Source: Lingula anatina
Taxonomy: Eukaryota > Animalia > Brachiopoda
Assembly (NCBI GenBank): GCA_051362555.1
Contig: CM120647.1
Span: 9,734,001 to 9,798,000, forward strand
DNA length: 64,000 nt
Direction: 5' to 3'
Shown: piece by piece, positions 51,209 to 63,884 of the stretch
Numbering within the stretch: the first letter of the stretch is position 1
Layout: every line of letters begins with the position of its first letter
The notes under the pieces: model-generated
The model's input: only the letters and a program-made list of their open reading frames with translations
What the model was told of the DNA's origin: nothing
Database searches by the model: none
Program-made: the position numbers and the translations under genes

Positions 51209-51386
51209 GTTTCAAAGGAAAGGGGAGGGGTCTTTTTCTGCAAAAGTGGACCTTTTACCTTGAAACATCCATATACCTATATAATTTTACCCAGAGCGCA
51301 CCTTTTCCCAGCAAAAAGGGCAATTTGTTTGAAACCCACTCCCTTTGAATCCCCCCCCCACCCACCCCCCTCTGGCCATGGGCCTG
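51209..51386 (+). mobile_element. MITE family D, left end degenerate
   Basis: AAAAGTGGACCTTTTACC core; ends TGGCCATGGGCCTG. Confidence 0.75.
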
Positions 51387-52607
51387 TTTTTGATCACTGG
51401 TTACAACTAAATTTTATGTCATGTAAAAATCCTGTAAAACCTCATTCACGCTATAGTGATCCATTTATTTGTTTGTTTGTTTGTTTTATTAGTCCCCGAC
51501 TGTAAGCTTGTTTTATTACTATTATATAGCAGCACGGCTATCCAAGTGTTTGTCAGTTCTACAAATCAAAACGCCAACCTGTGAGAACACCTGTGTAGCC
51601 CCTCGCTGGTCGACCTTTCAAAGGTAAAGAGAACAGGAGAACATAGCTGCGATAACACAGAGATTGATGTTTTATGATTAAAGGGTTTTTTTTTTTCTGT
51701 ACGACAAGTACAGTTTGTGTTTGACAGGGAAAGGATCAAGTACATAACATGTCTGTGAAGGGAATGATAGTGAATAGTTTGTTACTTGGAACATACAAAG
51801 TAAGGTTCTTGTTTTGATTCTGTGGTGTGGTGTGTGTGTGTGTATGTGTGTGACTTTTTGAATACCAGTAGTTTATATATATATCCAATTAAATGGTTAA
51901 TAAGATTTTTTTTTTGTCTTTTTATTTTTGCAAGAGTATGTGTTTTAAAGGAGCTCGACATGAAAAATTACAATAAACCTTTTTTTAATCATTAAAGATC
52001 TTTACTTTTATGCAGTAACAGTGGAATTGTTATTTGGGCTAAAAATGAAAATAGGATACAGCAGGAGAATGTGATATTATTTTTGTTTTCAAATTGAAGC
52101 CAGGAACTTAAGAAAATTGTGAAAATAACAAACACCTTGGCATTTTCAATTAAATTGCGAGTGTAAACACCCTGTAACTTATATAAATTATAAGTACCAG
52201 TCTGTTACATAACACAAATAAATACCGCTTGCCAAAAAATAATCAAAATTTATCTCTCAGACAGCAGATAAAAAAGCATCTTCTGCAAAATTCTGGTTGT
52301 AAATTCAGCCTACCCTGGTAGTTATTATTTTTCCTCCAGCCCATAAACACAGAGATTCAGCTGGAAATTTGTGCAAATATCATTTTTTAGGGGGGGGGAA
52401 TGATGTAAGAAAACCATGTGGTATTTCCTTAAGCTATGCTATTTGAAACACTTTGATGGCATCTGGTCGGTTTTAATGGCAGTGAGAAAAGCACTTGCCT
52501 AATTTACATCTTTAAGCAATATCTGACTTATCATGGGCTAATTTTAGTTTGGATGAGAAACAAAGACATAGGTAAGATGTGTTCTAGATACACATAAGGT
52601 TTTTTAT

Positions 52608-52835
52608 CAGGATTGTAGCCAACATTTTTGCCATGTCTCAAGTTTGGTCCCCTTAGGTGTGGTTGTGGATCTTTTTCCGAAAAAGCTAATGGACGTTTTT
52701 AGCCTCTTAGTTGACAAAAAAATGGCTTAAAACCTGGATCAAAATTTGATTCAGAGCAGACCCTTTCCAGCCAAAATGACGATTTTTTTAACCCTGCCCC
52801 CCCTCCCCCCTCCAACTTCCTCCTCCCTTACCTGG
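52608..52835 (+). mobile_element. Degenerate MITE family D-like
   Basis: CAGGATTGTAGCCAACA start; GTGGATCTTTT and CAGACCCTTTCCAGC motifs; C-rich tail. Confidence 0.45.
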
Positions 52836-53102
52836 ATAAATAAGACATAATCTTAAGACACATTAGGTATATTATTATAATACACAAACTGTCTGGGAGC
52901 AGGCATAAAGATATGCCGATTATGACAATCAGGATATATCTTAAGACATACTAGCACAGGAATTCTGTGAATGTTAATGAATAATCCTGGCTTAGAATAG
53001 AATGGCTGCTGTTACATGAATGTTACCTGTATCTGTGATTGTGTATTTATTCAGAAGAATTTTAGAAGTTGATGTCATGAGTGCCTATTGAAGTCCTTTC
53101 AT

Positions 53103-53404
53103 TAGTGTGCTTGATTTGGTCTTGAAGTGCAATTTTAGATCACAAATGACTTAAAAAAATGGACTTAATCTGCTTTTAAGATCAAAAATGATCTAATATC
53201 TACATTAGTGGTCAAGCAATTTGTTTTCCTCACAATGGGGGATACCTCCCCTTACAATTGAAGACACATCTGCTCACAATAGGAGGTGTGAGGATAGACA
53301 ATTGCATAACAATTCAGTCCAGTAATGGTCTTACTCATGGTTTAGGATCATGTAAGATCATTTGTGATCTGAAATTGCACTTTAAGACAAAATCAGGAGT
53401 ACTA
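53103..53404. mobile_element. Foldback/MITE with ~45-bp imperfect TIRs
   Basis: TGATTTGGTCTTGAAGTGCAATTTTAGATCACAAATGA / TCATTTGTGATCTGAAATTGCACTTTAAGACAAAATCA; TSD not evident. Confidence 0.7.
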
Positions 53405-53968
53405 GTGTTTAAATGGGGGAAGATTGTCAAATTGATATCAGCTAGGCTTCAGGGGAAAATGTTTTAAAATTTTTGGGGAATGTTCTTGAGCTTCAAGCAT
53501 TTTATCTTTTATTATTTGATCACAAAAGCATTTCTTGGAACGATGAACAATTGCGTTATACTAATTGAATATTGATTGTTACATGATAGATTAATTGATT
53601 ACTCTGTCTTGCGTAATAAATTAATTGGCTTAGATTTAATTAATTAATTTATCATGAAGGTTTTGCATGTAATGAAAGCATCATGGATTGGCCAAATTAC
53701 AAAGCCAGATTACATCATGTACTGTGCAAAAACTAAAAGCAAGTGACTCATCAGGTAAAAAAAGGAATTTCTGTACAAGTGTAGTCTCATATGCTGGGTA
53801 AAAGAAAAGTTTGGACACAACCTGTGTAACAAATGCGTTTATAAATATTTGACAATTTTTACTTATCACAATTATCACCAGAATTTGGTCAGTTAAGCTG
53901 AAAATTTGGTCTTTAATTTAAATGGACGTATCCGGAGAAATTAATAAAAGGTAAAAAATTAATAGTAG

Positions 53969-54093
53969 TTTGCTGGGAAAAGGTCCACTCTGGGTAAAAA
54001 TTGATCCATTTACATGAGGATTTTATAGTAAAAGGTCCACTTTTTCAGAAAATGAACCCCCCCCCCCTTCTGAAATTGCTGGTTACGGGCCTG
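53969..54093 (-). mobile_element. MITE family D, partial
   Basis: Reverse complement of 39254-39379; ends CTGGTTACGGGCCTG. Confidence 0.8.
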
Positions 54094-55384
54094 AGTAATT
54101 TATTTCTGTTTCCTTTATACTATAATTAATAATATTTATTCACATAGACCCTGACGTATCATAGCATCATCTTTATAGACATCAGCAGATATCATCAAAC
54201 CTGACTGATAGCAATCAAGTGGGTACACTGGGTGTGTTAGCTGGGAAATGATTTATCACATTTATATATAATTGTATATATATGGGTGAGGAGAAAAGCA
54301 GATGGTATATGGTAAAAGAGTGAGCTGATTTGGTTACTGGTAATGTCTATCATATAAGAATCATTTTAAGATGAAGTGAACTGTGCAACGATGATGTAAT
54401 TACTTCCAGTGGTCCATCTTTAATTTATCTGTGTGATGGTGCAAGTTGGATCAATTTTCGGTCCAGAAACTGTCCTGTATGAACTGACCTTTGAAAGGTC
54501 TGTAAACCATTCCCTGTTGTGTAGGTGTGGACTCACCTGGCCAGAGGAACTTCCCCAGTGTAAAATCTTCCCTTGTGTGATGATGAACTGAATGCTAGCT
54601 ATCTGATTTCAGTATTAACCCAACTCACTCCATTTTCTGAGAAAAAAAGCACTATGAAGTATCAGAGGATATTAAGTGTTTTTTAATGTCAAAGATGGTT
54701 CACGATATTTTATTCTTAGCAATATTCGTTGACACGAAAAAAAAAAAACCTTCGTCAGTAATCAGGATGCATTGTTGCACATTATGAATAAGGCATTTTC
54801 TGTGAAAACGTGGCGATATCACAGCTAGGAGAATTGCCTTTTTGTACGCCAGAGATTCTTTCCAAGATTTTTAATTTGTGTTAATATTATTAGAACAAGT
54901 TGGCTGCTGTTTCATCCTATTTTCTAGGAAATGATGTATGGTAATGTGAGAGGAGGGTATTTATATGCTATATGTATCATTCCTTGATTTCATTTGACTA
55001 TCCAGTGTCGGGTTTGGAGGGAAAACTTGTCAGTGCGTATGACTGTTGTTCTTATAGCTACACCGTGTCTTTATTAGAATCTGTGAAAATAGATGGTTAA
55101 AGTCCAGGTGAGCAGCATCATTTTCAAAACATTTTTTAAATTTTCATTTTGTGTGATACATTTAGGTAACTTAATCTTTTTTTACACACAAAGTTTTTTT
55201 AGGATCTGGTTTTGGCTGCACTAGTCAGACACTGAAGAAACAGTGTGTCAGTCGGCATAATTCAGGACATTGCATCTTCCTAAATCAGTGGGTTTCAGTT
55301 TGGCTGATATTTTCAGAGAAACAGTCGAGGAAGTAATATAGAATAAAAAATTATCATTAAACCCAAAAATGATTTAAGAGCACA

Positions 55385-55565
55385 TTTTTCTTGATTTCTA
55401 GGATAATTCCAGGGCAGAAAAGACTTTAATGGCTCGCAAATTACAAACATTCATAATTGATTTAGTCAATTAACATTATTCTTGATTTTCGGGTAATTTC
55501 AGGGTTGGAAAGTTTTTTTTATCGCTTTCAGGTTACGTAGATTCATAATTAGTCTTGCTGATTGA
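55385..55565. repeat. Diverged ~90-bp tandem duplication
   Basis: TTCTTGATTT...TAATT.CAGGG...ATTCATAATT twice. Confidence 0.55.
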
Positions 55566-55678
55566 CAATTTAATACGCATAAAACATCATAAAACAAAGG
55601 GAATCAATAGACATAATCATAATTTCCTGGATTATGTACAAGTGCCTGGAGTTAGAGCATTCTAGGAGGAATATTTTT

Positions 55679-55851
55679 GAGGTCCTTATCAGGAGGGGAG
55701 GGGGGGGGGGTAGATGAATCATCCTTTTGGTCAGGAAAATGTCTTATGTAAATTTAAATTGATCCAAAATATGTTAAGAAAACAAAATTTTGTCTAAAAA
55801 AGTTTTACTTTTCAGGAAAAGACCTATTTGAAATTGTTCGCTACAGGCATG
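55679..55851 (-). mobile_element. Degenerate MITE family D
   Basis: G tract, TTTTCAGGAAAAGACC, ends GCTACAGGCATG. Confidence 0.55.
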
Positions 55852-57007
55852 ATAAAAAAGGGGGTGCAAGACCTGTCAAGAAACAAAAAATTTAAAAGAG
55901 GTATTAGTGTTTAATGATATTTAAGTAAAATATCACATGAGTTACTCGTAGAAAGTAAGGAGAAATTTTTAAACAGGTGCATGAAATGTAGTTATCCTCA
56001 AAAGTCCACCCAATCATTTCCACAAAATGGAGAAAAAAAATCACTGAAATCTGTGGCAGTGGGCAATCTGTTTGCACAGCTTTGCAGAATGTGGCTCAAA
56101 TTCTTTTGTTTATCACAATTTTTTGTTGAATTCAATGTTTTTTTCATTCCACTTTTGGTTTGAATATTCCAGAGCAGTGAACTCAGAAATTGGTGCTACT
56201 TCTGTGTTGACATTTGGTGAACTGATGCATTCTCTGGCAATCTGGGATTGAAAAAGTTTAAGGTCTAAGTTATGGTAAGAGTTACAAGAGCAAGGTACCA
56301 AGATGTGTACGTACTCGCTACATTGTAGCTCCAACAAAATGTTTCATTAATTAGGCTTGTACGGAACACTGCATAATTTTTTCATATCCTGGGTTGAAGT
56401 GTATTCAAATAAACATCTATAGTAATTGTCAACTTTCGATTGCAGATGAAATGGTAAGGATTTGTCAGTGCTGCGACAGACACATAGAGTGAATTATTCT
56501 CTGTGGTCTCTTTCTGAGAGAGGGGAGGGGGGGGGGTCAAAATGCAGATTAAAAGCAGCTTAAATGGCAGAATTACAGGTGTTTTCCAAATTTATGGAAC
56601 CAAGCAGAGATCGGAACCTTTTTTCTTTTAATAAACAGGAGCGATTACTTCATCCTTATTTGATAGATGGCATGGACCGGGTACTGGTACAGTTTAATCA
56701 AATGTCGAAGAAGGAACAAATGCATTAATTTGGCAATGGCGGTGATGGCCCAGGATGTTCATGCCAGGTGGGAGCTGAGGAACTCTAGGAAATCTGTCTC
56801 CTGTTACTGCCATTTTTACCATTCTGCCTTTGGCAAAACTTCCTCCTGATTTTAATTTAATCTCTATATATATGAATATTTGCCATATTTGTCATAATTA
56901 GCTAAGGGTGTAGCATGTTTATCCTGGTTAGCCTGGTGGCTTGTGGAGGAATAGACTGAATTTTAGTTCTAGACTTCATATAGGAGAGGGGGGAACAGTG
57001 GGAAAGG

Positions 57008-57179
57008 CAGGCCCATAGCCAGGGTAAGTTCAGGAATTCCAACAAACTGCCCTTTTTTCTAGGAAATTGTCTGCTGTGAGCAAAATTTGATATATATATA
57101 GGTACAATGAGGATTACATAGTAAAAGGTCCACTTTTTCACAGATAGACCCCCCTTTGAAACTGCTGGTTACAGGCCTG
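57008..57179 (-). mobile_element. MITE family D with an 8-bp TSD (GGGAAAGG/GGGAGAGG), hAT-like
   Basis: CAGGCCCATAGCCAG ... CTGGTTACAGGCCTG; 7/8 matching flanks. Confidence 0.8.
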
Positions 57180-58421
57180 GGGAGAGGTGGGATACGTGAT
57201 CCCACTTCCACAAAAAGTAAAATCAAATATCACATGTAATAAATGGATTACCAAGCAGAATCGTAATCAAATAGATATCTTCCTTTGCAGTTCATGGCTT
57301 TGGTGTGACTGAAGGAGTCACAGTTATGAAATAATATAACATTTCATGGATAGATTTTCTCAATCACAGTTCCCTGATTCAACCCACCCCTTCGAAATAT
57401 AAATGTAAAGTTGAGCTTAAAATTCTATAAAACTGAAGATTAATTCTTCTCATATAACCATCTAAATATAAGTTATTTCCATGTATAATACCAGATTATA
57501 CTTCATGTAGATTGCTTATAGTACTTCATTCTGATGGATTTTTATAGACAAGATAGCATGCGACATCATATTGTAAAATGACTGATCACAAACTGTGTTA
57601 TAAGTTTGTGGGAGTCTTGTAGGAGTTCCATTAAAAAGTACTGCCTAATGGCAATACTGTGTTTTAATCACCGCTTCACTCCCACCAGGTTACATGATAA
57701 AAAAAATTGCCCAGGAAGGAGCGCTGTCTCCCTCCCTCACCCCTAATAGACTCCTTGTACTGATAATGTATGTTTACAACCCAAAACAGACATGCTTCAT
57801 AGATAATTTCTCTTTGAAATTGGCTTACTCACTTCTAAATGCTCTCAGAAATTACGGTATAACAGCGTTTTTTATTACTCTGCAGGCAGGTGTGTATGAA
57901 GGTTAAATTGAAGTTCTACAAAAAGTTAATTGCATTATGGTTTATAATTGGGTAAAAGATGCGGTATTATCAGTGAGTGGGTTTGCGATGATGTCACTCA
58001 TTTTCCAGGTAGTTTTTGAGAATATTTTCGTCATAAAAATCATTAGATTTGCGATAGATGACATCAAAGCTTTCCAGGAATTTTTGAAAACCGTATAAAA
58101 TTTATGATCATTGATTAAGAACTTAGTGATTGTATGGAGCCATCTAATGATCTATTGATTAGTTTTCCAGGAATTGTATTTCAGTCTTCTTTTTTATTAG
58201 TCATTAAAGTAAAAAAAAAAAACAATTTGCTGATGTCACTTACTCCTTTTCCAGGTATTTTTCTAATGGATGACTTTAAAGTGGCCCAATATTATATATT
58301 TATCACCACACTGAGTCATCATGAGGAAGAGAGTGTACAATTATATAAGACTAATATGATTACTATAGGCATCTGTAAAATGTGTACCGTTCTAAGAATT
58401 TTCTATGATTTCTTTTTACAG

Positions 58422-58497
58422 GTGTAGAAATCAACAGTACTTTAGGCTCTACGTTTTCGTAGGAAGATCATTGGTAGCACCAAAGTCCCATATGAAG
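58422..58497 (+). other. Candidate exon after a strong splice acceptor
   Basis: TTTCTATGATTTCTTTTTACAG|G at 58421/58422; weak donor GAAG|GTATAT; stronger donors further on at 59804 (CAG|GTAACT) and 59911 (CAG|GTGAGA). Confidence 0.25.
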
Positions 58498-60052
58498 GTA
58501 TATAAGGTGCTTTGATGTTATCTGCCTCTCAATCAACCCTTGGTCAGACAGCAAACGAGGAAGTGAGAATCTTTCAACCTTCTGCAAAGTCTTGAGACAA
58601 GAAAAAAGAAGAGAGGATAAGTCAGAGGGTTTCAATATTATTCCAAGTCTTTAACCCGGAAAAAAAAAGAGCAGAAAAAGAGAGATAGACAGAAAAAAGG
58701 GAGAGGAGAATTTCATAGAGAGAAAGTCTTAGCCTCGGAGGACTGTAAGTCATGTGCTGAAAAACAAGAAAAGAAGGATATTTTTAACTTTGAACTATCA
58801 AAACATGTTATGGGATATGTTTCATGTGGAAGATTATGAAACAGAGGTCTAATGATGTAAGACAAACACAGAGAAAACAGTGAACAAGTTTTTACTAGTG
58901 TTTTCAACCTCAGGTGCTGATTTTTAGAAACTGTCGATTCCTGAAAACACGTGAGGATTCCACATTGTCAGGTGTACCAGTCACTTATCTTATCTGAAGT
59001 CTTTACTAACATTTTTGGTTGGCAGCCTGTGAAAGCATAAACCATCGAAAAGATACCTGGGAATAAATCTGTGTGCTATCTTTATTTGTGGGGAGATCTG
59101 TTCCGACAATTATTGTTGCATCAAGTGATACCAACTGCAGTGGATATTCCAGATCAAATTTCCTACAAAAGGGACTATTGTTTGTAAAATGTACTAGATG
59201 TAACAGCAATTTGAGAAGAGAAAAGGTTTTAACACAAACGTGCCCTCGCACAGTGCAACAAAAGGTTCACATTACTGGTTTTTATATCCGTGGCATATCC
59301 TGTTGCCAAATTGCCAACGTTTTATGGTGATGATAGGGTCTGTTACACCCAGTTACAAATCGTCCACCTGAGACTTGGAAACAGATAGATTTACCACCTG
59401 AGACGTCCAGACACCTGGGACTTAATTGCTATCAGGCACTAACAGAGCTACCAGGCATTGCTGTGTAATCCTTGTGGACAGCAGGTGCTTTCAAGTATAC
59501 GGGTCAGATATAGGTCAGTTTTGACAGGCAGTTCCAAATCACCCTGACCTAAAATCCAAATAGTAAAAAAAAAACTATTGCGACCTTTTGGAGATAAGTA
59601 GCCGCAACATATCCTGCGTGTAACTTCTTCCAGTGATTTAATCAAGGAGCTGGTGATTATAAACTCTAGAAAGACAACCTGTGGAGTGTTGAACACTCTA
59701 CTTGCTGTTGTTGAAGTACACTATATATACCTGCCAGATACTTGAGTAGTGGCAAGTCCAATTTTCTGGGTCAAAGGTGGGGAAGAGTTCTGGACTACTA
59801 CAGGTAACTCAATTCTATTACTAAAGAAATAAAAATAGTACTAGCCTTCTTCAGTGTGAACTGAACATTCCAGGTTCATGTAACTCTTTGATCTGGTATC
59901 AAACTCACAGGTGAGAAAAAAATTGATATTTTGTGTTGTTTTTGTTTGTGGAGATCATGTTTTTGTTTTTGTAGCTGCAAGTCCAGTTTGTTGTATGATA
60001 TGTTTAGCTAAACAAGTCTTTGATTGTTGAATAATCTGTATTGATCTATTAA

Positions 60053-63000
60053 TTGTACCACCAGCGTTAGCGCTGGCGGTACACATGGTTTTAGTCCCGT
60101 CCGGTCCGTTCCGCCGGCTCCGCCGGCTCCTGCGGCTCCGCCGGCATGTTACCGTTACCGCTTCTCCTCCTAGACGGTAAGGGCCCCCATACCCATCTCT
60201 TGGATTTAGGTCACCTATAATCTCAACTCGTTCCACGTAAAATTTGGGCTTTGTCGGTATTGGGGTCTAGGTGTGGCACTCATTGCAATGCACCCTTGTC
60301 CAAAAATGGCAAAATTAAATGCTAATTATCTACCCTACGGAAGGAATTATGGGAAAAATTTCTACAGACGGCTTTCCAAAAGTCATATGTGTAGATTTCA
60401 AATATGCCCTTGGATTTGACCTTTGACCTTTATTTCAAGGTCAAACGGGCAAAAATTTTCAAAAAAATGAATTTTTTTACGAAAAAAAATTAATTTGCGC
60501 TGTTATTCAGACACCACACAGACTTAACCAATAAAATTATTGGAAAATATTACCCTTCAGGTCATCTTTCATCTGTGTGAATTTGGGGTCAATCGGTGCA
60601 TTTTCACGGGTGTAGCGGCCATAAGATACCGAAACTGAAAACTGTCTGTAATTCGGGAACCGTTAATGCTAGAGACCCATTCTTTTTTGCATTTTGTAGA
60701 GCATGTAAAGCCCAACACTGGAGGTGGTCTCCGTTTTTTTGTATTCCATACGGTTTTCGAGTTACGCTGTATCAAAAAGTCCATATTGGTGGTGAAAGCA
60801 AAATGTGCAGTACGGTAATGGATAATAAATTTTGAACTCTGGAAAAATAAAACATAAGGCTTGGCAAAGCAGACAACTTGTGGTCAAAAATGACATTATT
60901 TCATCAAATTTGAACTTCTGGAACTTCAGAGCACCTCCCATTTCAAGAATTTTGACCAAAATGACCTTTTCTTTATTTTAATTAATTTTTTCTGTAGGAA
61001 ATTTATTGCACATTAAGGTAACTCCGAAATTATAACATTTAGTCCCTTATAGCTCCAAAACTGGCAGAGATAGGTCCATAGTTACTATTGAAGTTGAATA
61101 GGAAGTCATATACTGGCAATCTTACTGTGACCTTGAAATTGACCTTTGACCTACTTTTCACCATAAATTGAACTTTGCAAATTTTGCTTCCCTTTTATTT
61201 CCAAAACTGGCAGAGATAGGTCCATAGTTACTATTGAAGTTGAATAGGAAGTCATATACTAGCAATCTAAATGTGACCTTAAAATTTACCTTTGACCTAC
61301 TTTTCACCATGAACTGAACTTTGGAAATTTTGCTTCCCTTTTATCTCCAAAACTAGCAGAGATAGGTCCATAGTTACTATTGAAGTTGAATAGGAAGTCA
61401 TATACTGGCAATCTAAATGTGACCTTTAAATTGACCTTTGACCTACTTTTCACCATGAACTGAACTTTGGAAATTTTGCTTCCCTTTTATCTCCAAAACT
61501 AGCAGAGATAGGTCCATAGTTACTATTGAAGTTGAATAGGAAGTCATGTACTGGCAATCTTACTGTGACCTTGAAATTGACCTTTGACCTACTTTTCACC
61601 ATGAACTGAACTTTGCAAATTTTGCCTCCCTTTTATCTCCAAAACTGGCAGAGATAGGTCCATAGTTTCTATTGAACTTGAATATGAAGTCATATACTGG
61701 CAATCTAAATGTGGCCTTGAAATTGACATTTGACCTACTTTCCACCATGAACTGAACTTTGGAAAATTTGCTTCCCTTTTATCTCCAAAACTAGCAGAGA
61801 TAGGTCCATAGTTACTATTGAAGTTGAATAGGAAGTCATATACTAGCAATCTAAATGTGACCTTAAAATTTACCTTTGACCTCCTTTTCACCATGAACTG
61901 AACTTTGCAAATTTTGCTTCCCTTTTATCTCCAAAACTGGCAGAGATAGGTCCATAGTTACTATTGAAGTTGAATAGGAAGTCATATACTGGCAATCTAA
62001 ATGTGACCTTGAAATTGACCTTTGACCTACATTTTATCATGAATTGAACTTTGCAAATTTTGGTTCCCTTTTATCTCCAAAACTGGCAGAGATAGGTCCA
62101 TAGTTACTATTGAACTTGAATAGGAAGTCATATACTGGCAATCTTACTGTGACCTTGAAATTGACCTTTGACCTACTTTTCATCATGGACTGAACCTTGC
62201 AAATTTTGCTTCCCTTTTATCTCCAAAGTTACACTGTATCAAAAAGTACATTTTGGTGGTTAAAGCAAAATGTGCAGTACGGTAATGGATAATAAATTTT
62301 GAACTCCACAAAAATAAAACATAAGGCTTGGCAAAGCAGGCAACTTGTGGTCGAAAATGACATTATTTCATCAAATTTGAACATCTGGAACTTCAGAGCA
62401 ACTCCCATTTCAAGATTTTTTTTTTTCCAAAATGACCTTTTCTTTATTTTAATTAATTTTTTCCGTAGGAAATTTATGGCACATTATGGTAACTCCAAAA
62501 TTATAACATTTAGTCCCTTATATCTCCAAAACTGGCAGAGATAAGTCCATAGTTACTATTGAAGTTGAATAGGAAGTCATATACTGGCAATCTAAATGTG
62601 ACCTTGAAATTGACCTTTGACCTACTTTTCACCATGAACTGAACTTTGGAAATTTTGCTTCCCTTTTATCTCCAAAACTAGCAGAGATAGGTCTATAGTT
62701 ACTATTGAAGTTGAATAGGAAGTCATATACTGGCAATCTAAATGTGACCTTAAAATTGACCTTTGACCTACTTTTCACCATGAACTGAACTCTGCTAAAT
62801 TCTTTCTCTTTTAACTCCAAACCTGGCAGAGATAGGTCCATAGTTACTATTGAAGTTGAATAGGAAGTCATATACTGGCAATCTAAATATGACCTTGAAA
62901 TTGACCTTTGACCTACCTTAACTTAACTTTGATTGTACCATTTTAAGTTATATATATTTTTTGCGTATTTTGAAAATTCTTGTTGATTGCATTTTTATAG

Positions 63001-63127
63001 CTTGTCAAGCATAAGACTGGTGGCTGTGTCCCTTATTTTGTGTATGTGGGGGGGTCTATACGAATGCGCTTGCTCCAGCTGGTGGTACAATATTCGGAGG
63101 CGGTATCGCCTCTCTGATCCTCTAGTT
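60053..63127 (+). mobile_element. Non-autonomous Helentron/HINE (DINE-1-like), long copy carrying a 146-bp tandem array
   Basis: 5' subTIR TTGTACCACCAGC plus inverted repeat GCTGGCGGTACA; GC-rich microsatellite (CCGCCGGCT)n; 3' subTIR GCTGGTGGTACAA (63078-63090), hairpin GAGGCGGTATCGCCTC, CTAGTT end; T-rich insertion site, no TSD. Confidence 0.88.
61055..62930. repeat. 146-bp tandem repeat: 8 units, a ~295-bp interruption, then ~2.7 units
   Basis: CCAAAACT(G/A)GCAGAGATA at 61055, 61201, 61347, 61493, 61639, 61785, 61931, 62077, 62526 and 62672; variant unit start at 62817. Confidence 0.97.
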
Positions 63128-63884
63128 TAAAAGGAGTTAAATAAAGACAAGGATTTCAAGCTGCATAATTTCACATCCATAGGTCTTATGTTATCGAGTA
63201 AAAATATCTCCCTTTAGCAAGGGGTAATTCAATTCAAATAGAAAAAATGTCAAATTACACAGTTGTTTTGCCAATTTATTGCTGTTTTGGTTAAAATATC
63301 TGATTTACATCAAAAGATTCTGCATTCCTTGCTGAACATGTATGTGAACAACCTTTCCCATCCAAACTTCCTGACAAAAAAGTTCAAGTTCAAAGTGTGC
63401 AGTTTACAAACATTAAAACTTCTGGACATTTCAAGTGTAATGTTATTGACAGGCAGTTCCAATTTTCCAGGTCAGCTGGGAAGGGGCAGTTCCAATTCGG
63501 AATTTTCTTCACACCAGCAACCGAGTTGAGAAACCGAGGGATCGGTGCTTAAGAGACAGATCACAGGTGGTCTCAGTGGATAATTCAATCAAATCCATGC
63601 GAATTTCCAATAAATATTCACTCTATTTTGGATAATTACTGCTTAATCTGCTGCAGAAGCCAAGGCCAGTCACACCGTTGGGAGCAAACTGGGTTCACCT
63701 GGCTTGGAGAGTGTTCATATTGTCGGGCTGTGTATCCAGTGTGGAAATACAGAAATGCATTATAAATTGAATCAGAATGCCTCCAGGGCCTTAGAAAACT
63801 AAAGCACATCCTAAGAGATAGATACTGTGAACTTTTCCGCTCTGTTGGGAGATGAAGATGCTGTTGAATTTTTTTTCTTTGTAG

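Noticed and set aside
59073-59330. ORF with CxxC (VKCTRCNS) as a zinc-finger exon
   Set aside because: Non-ATG start, no second ligand pair in a known spacing, and no clear acceptor
59955-60236. ORF with RRSRRSRRSRR (protamine/SR-like)
   Set aside because: It is the translation of the HINE 5' GC-rich microsatellite
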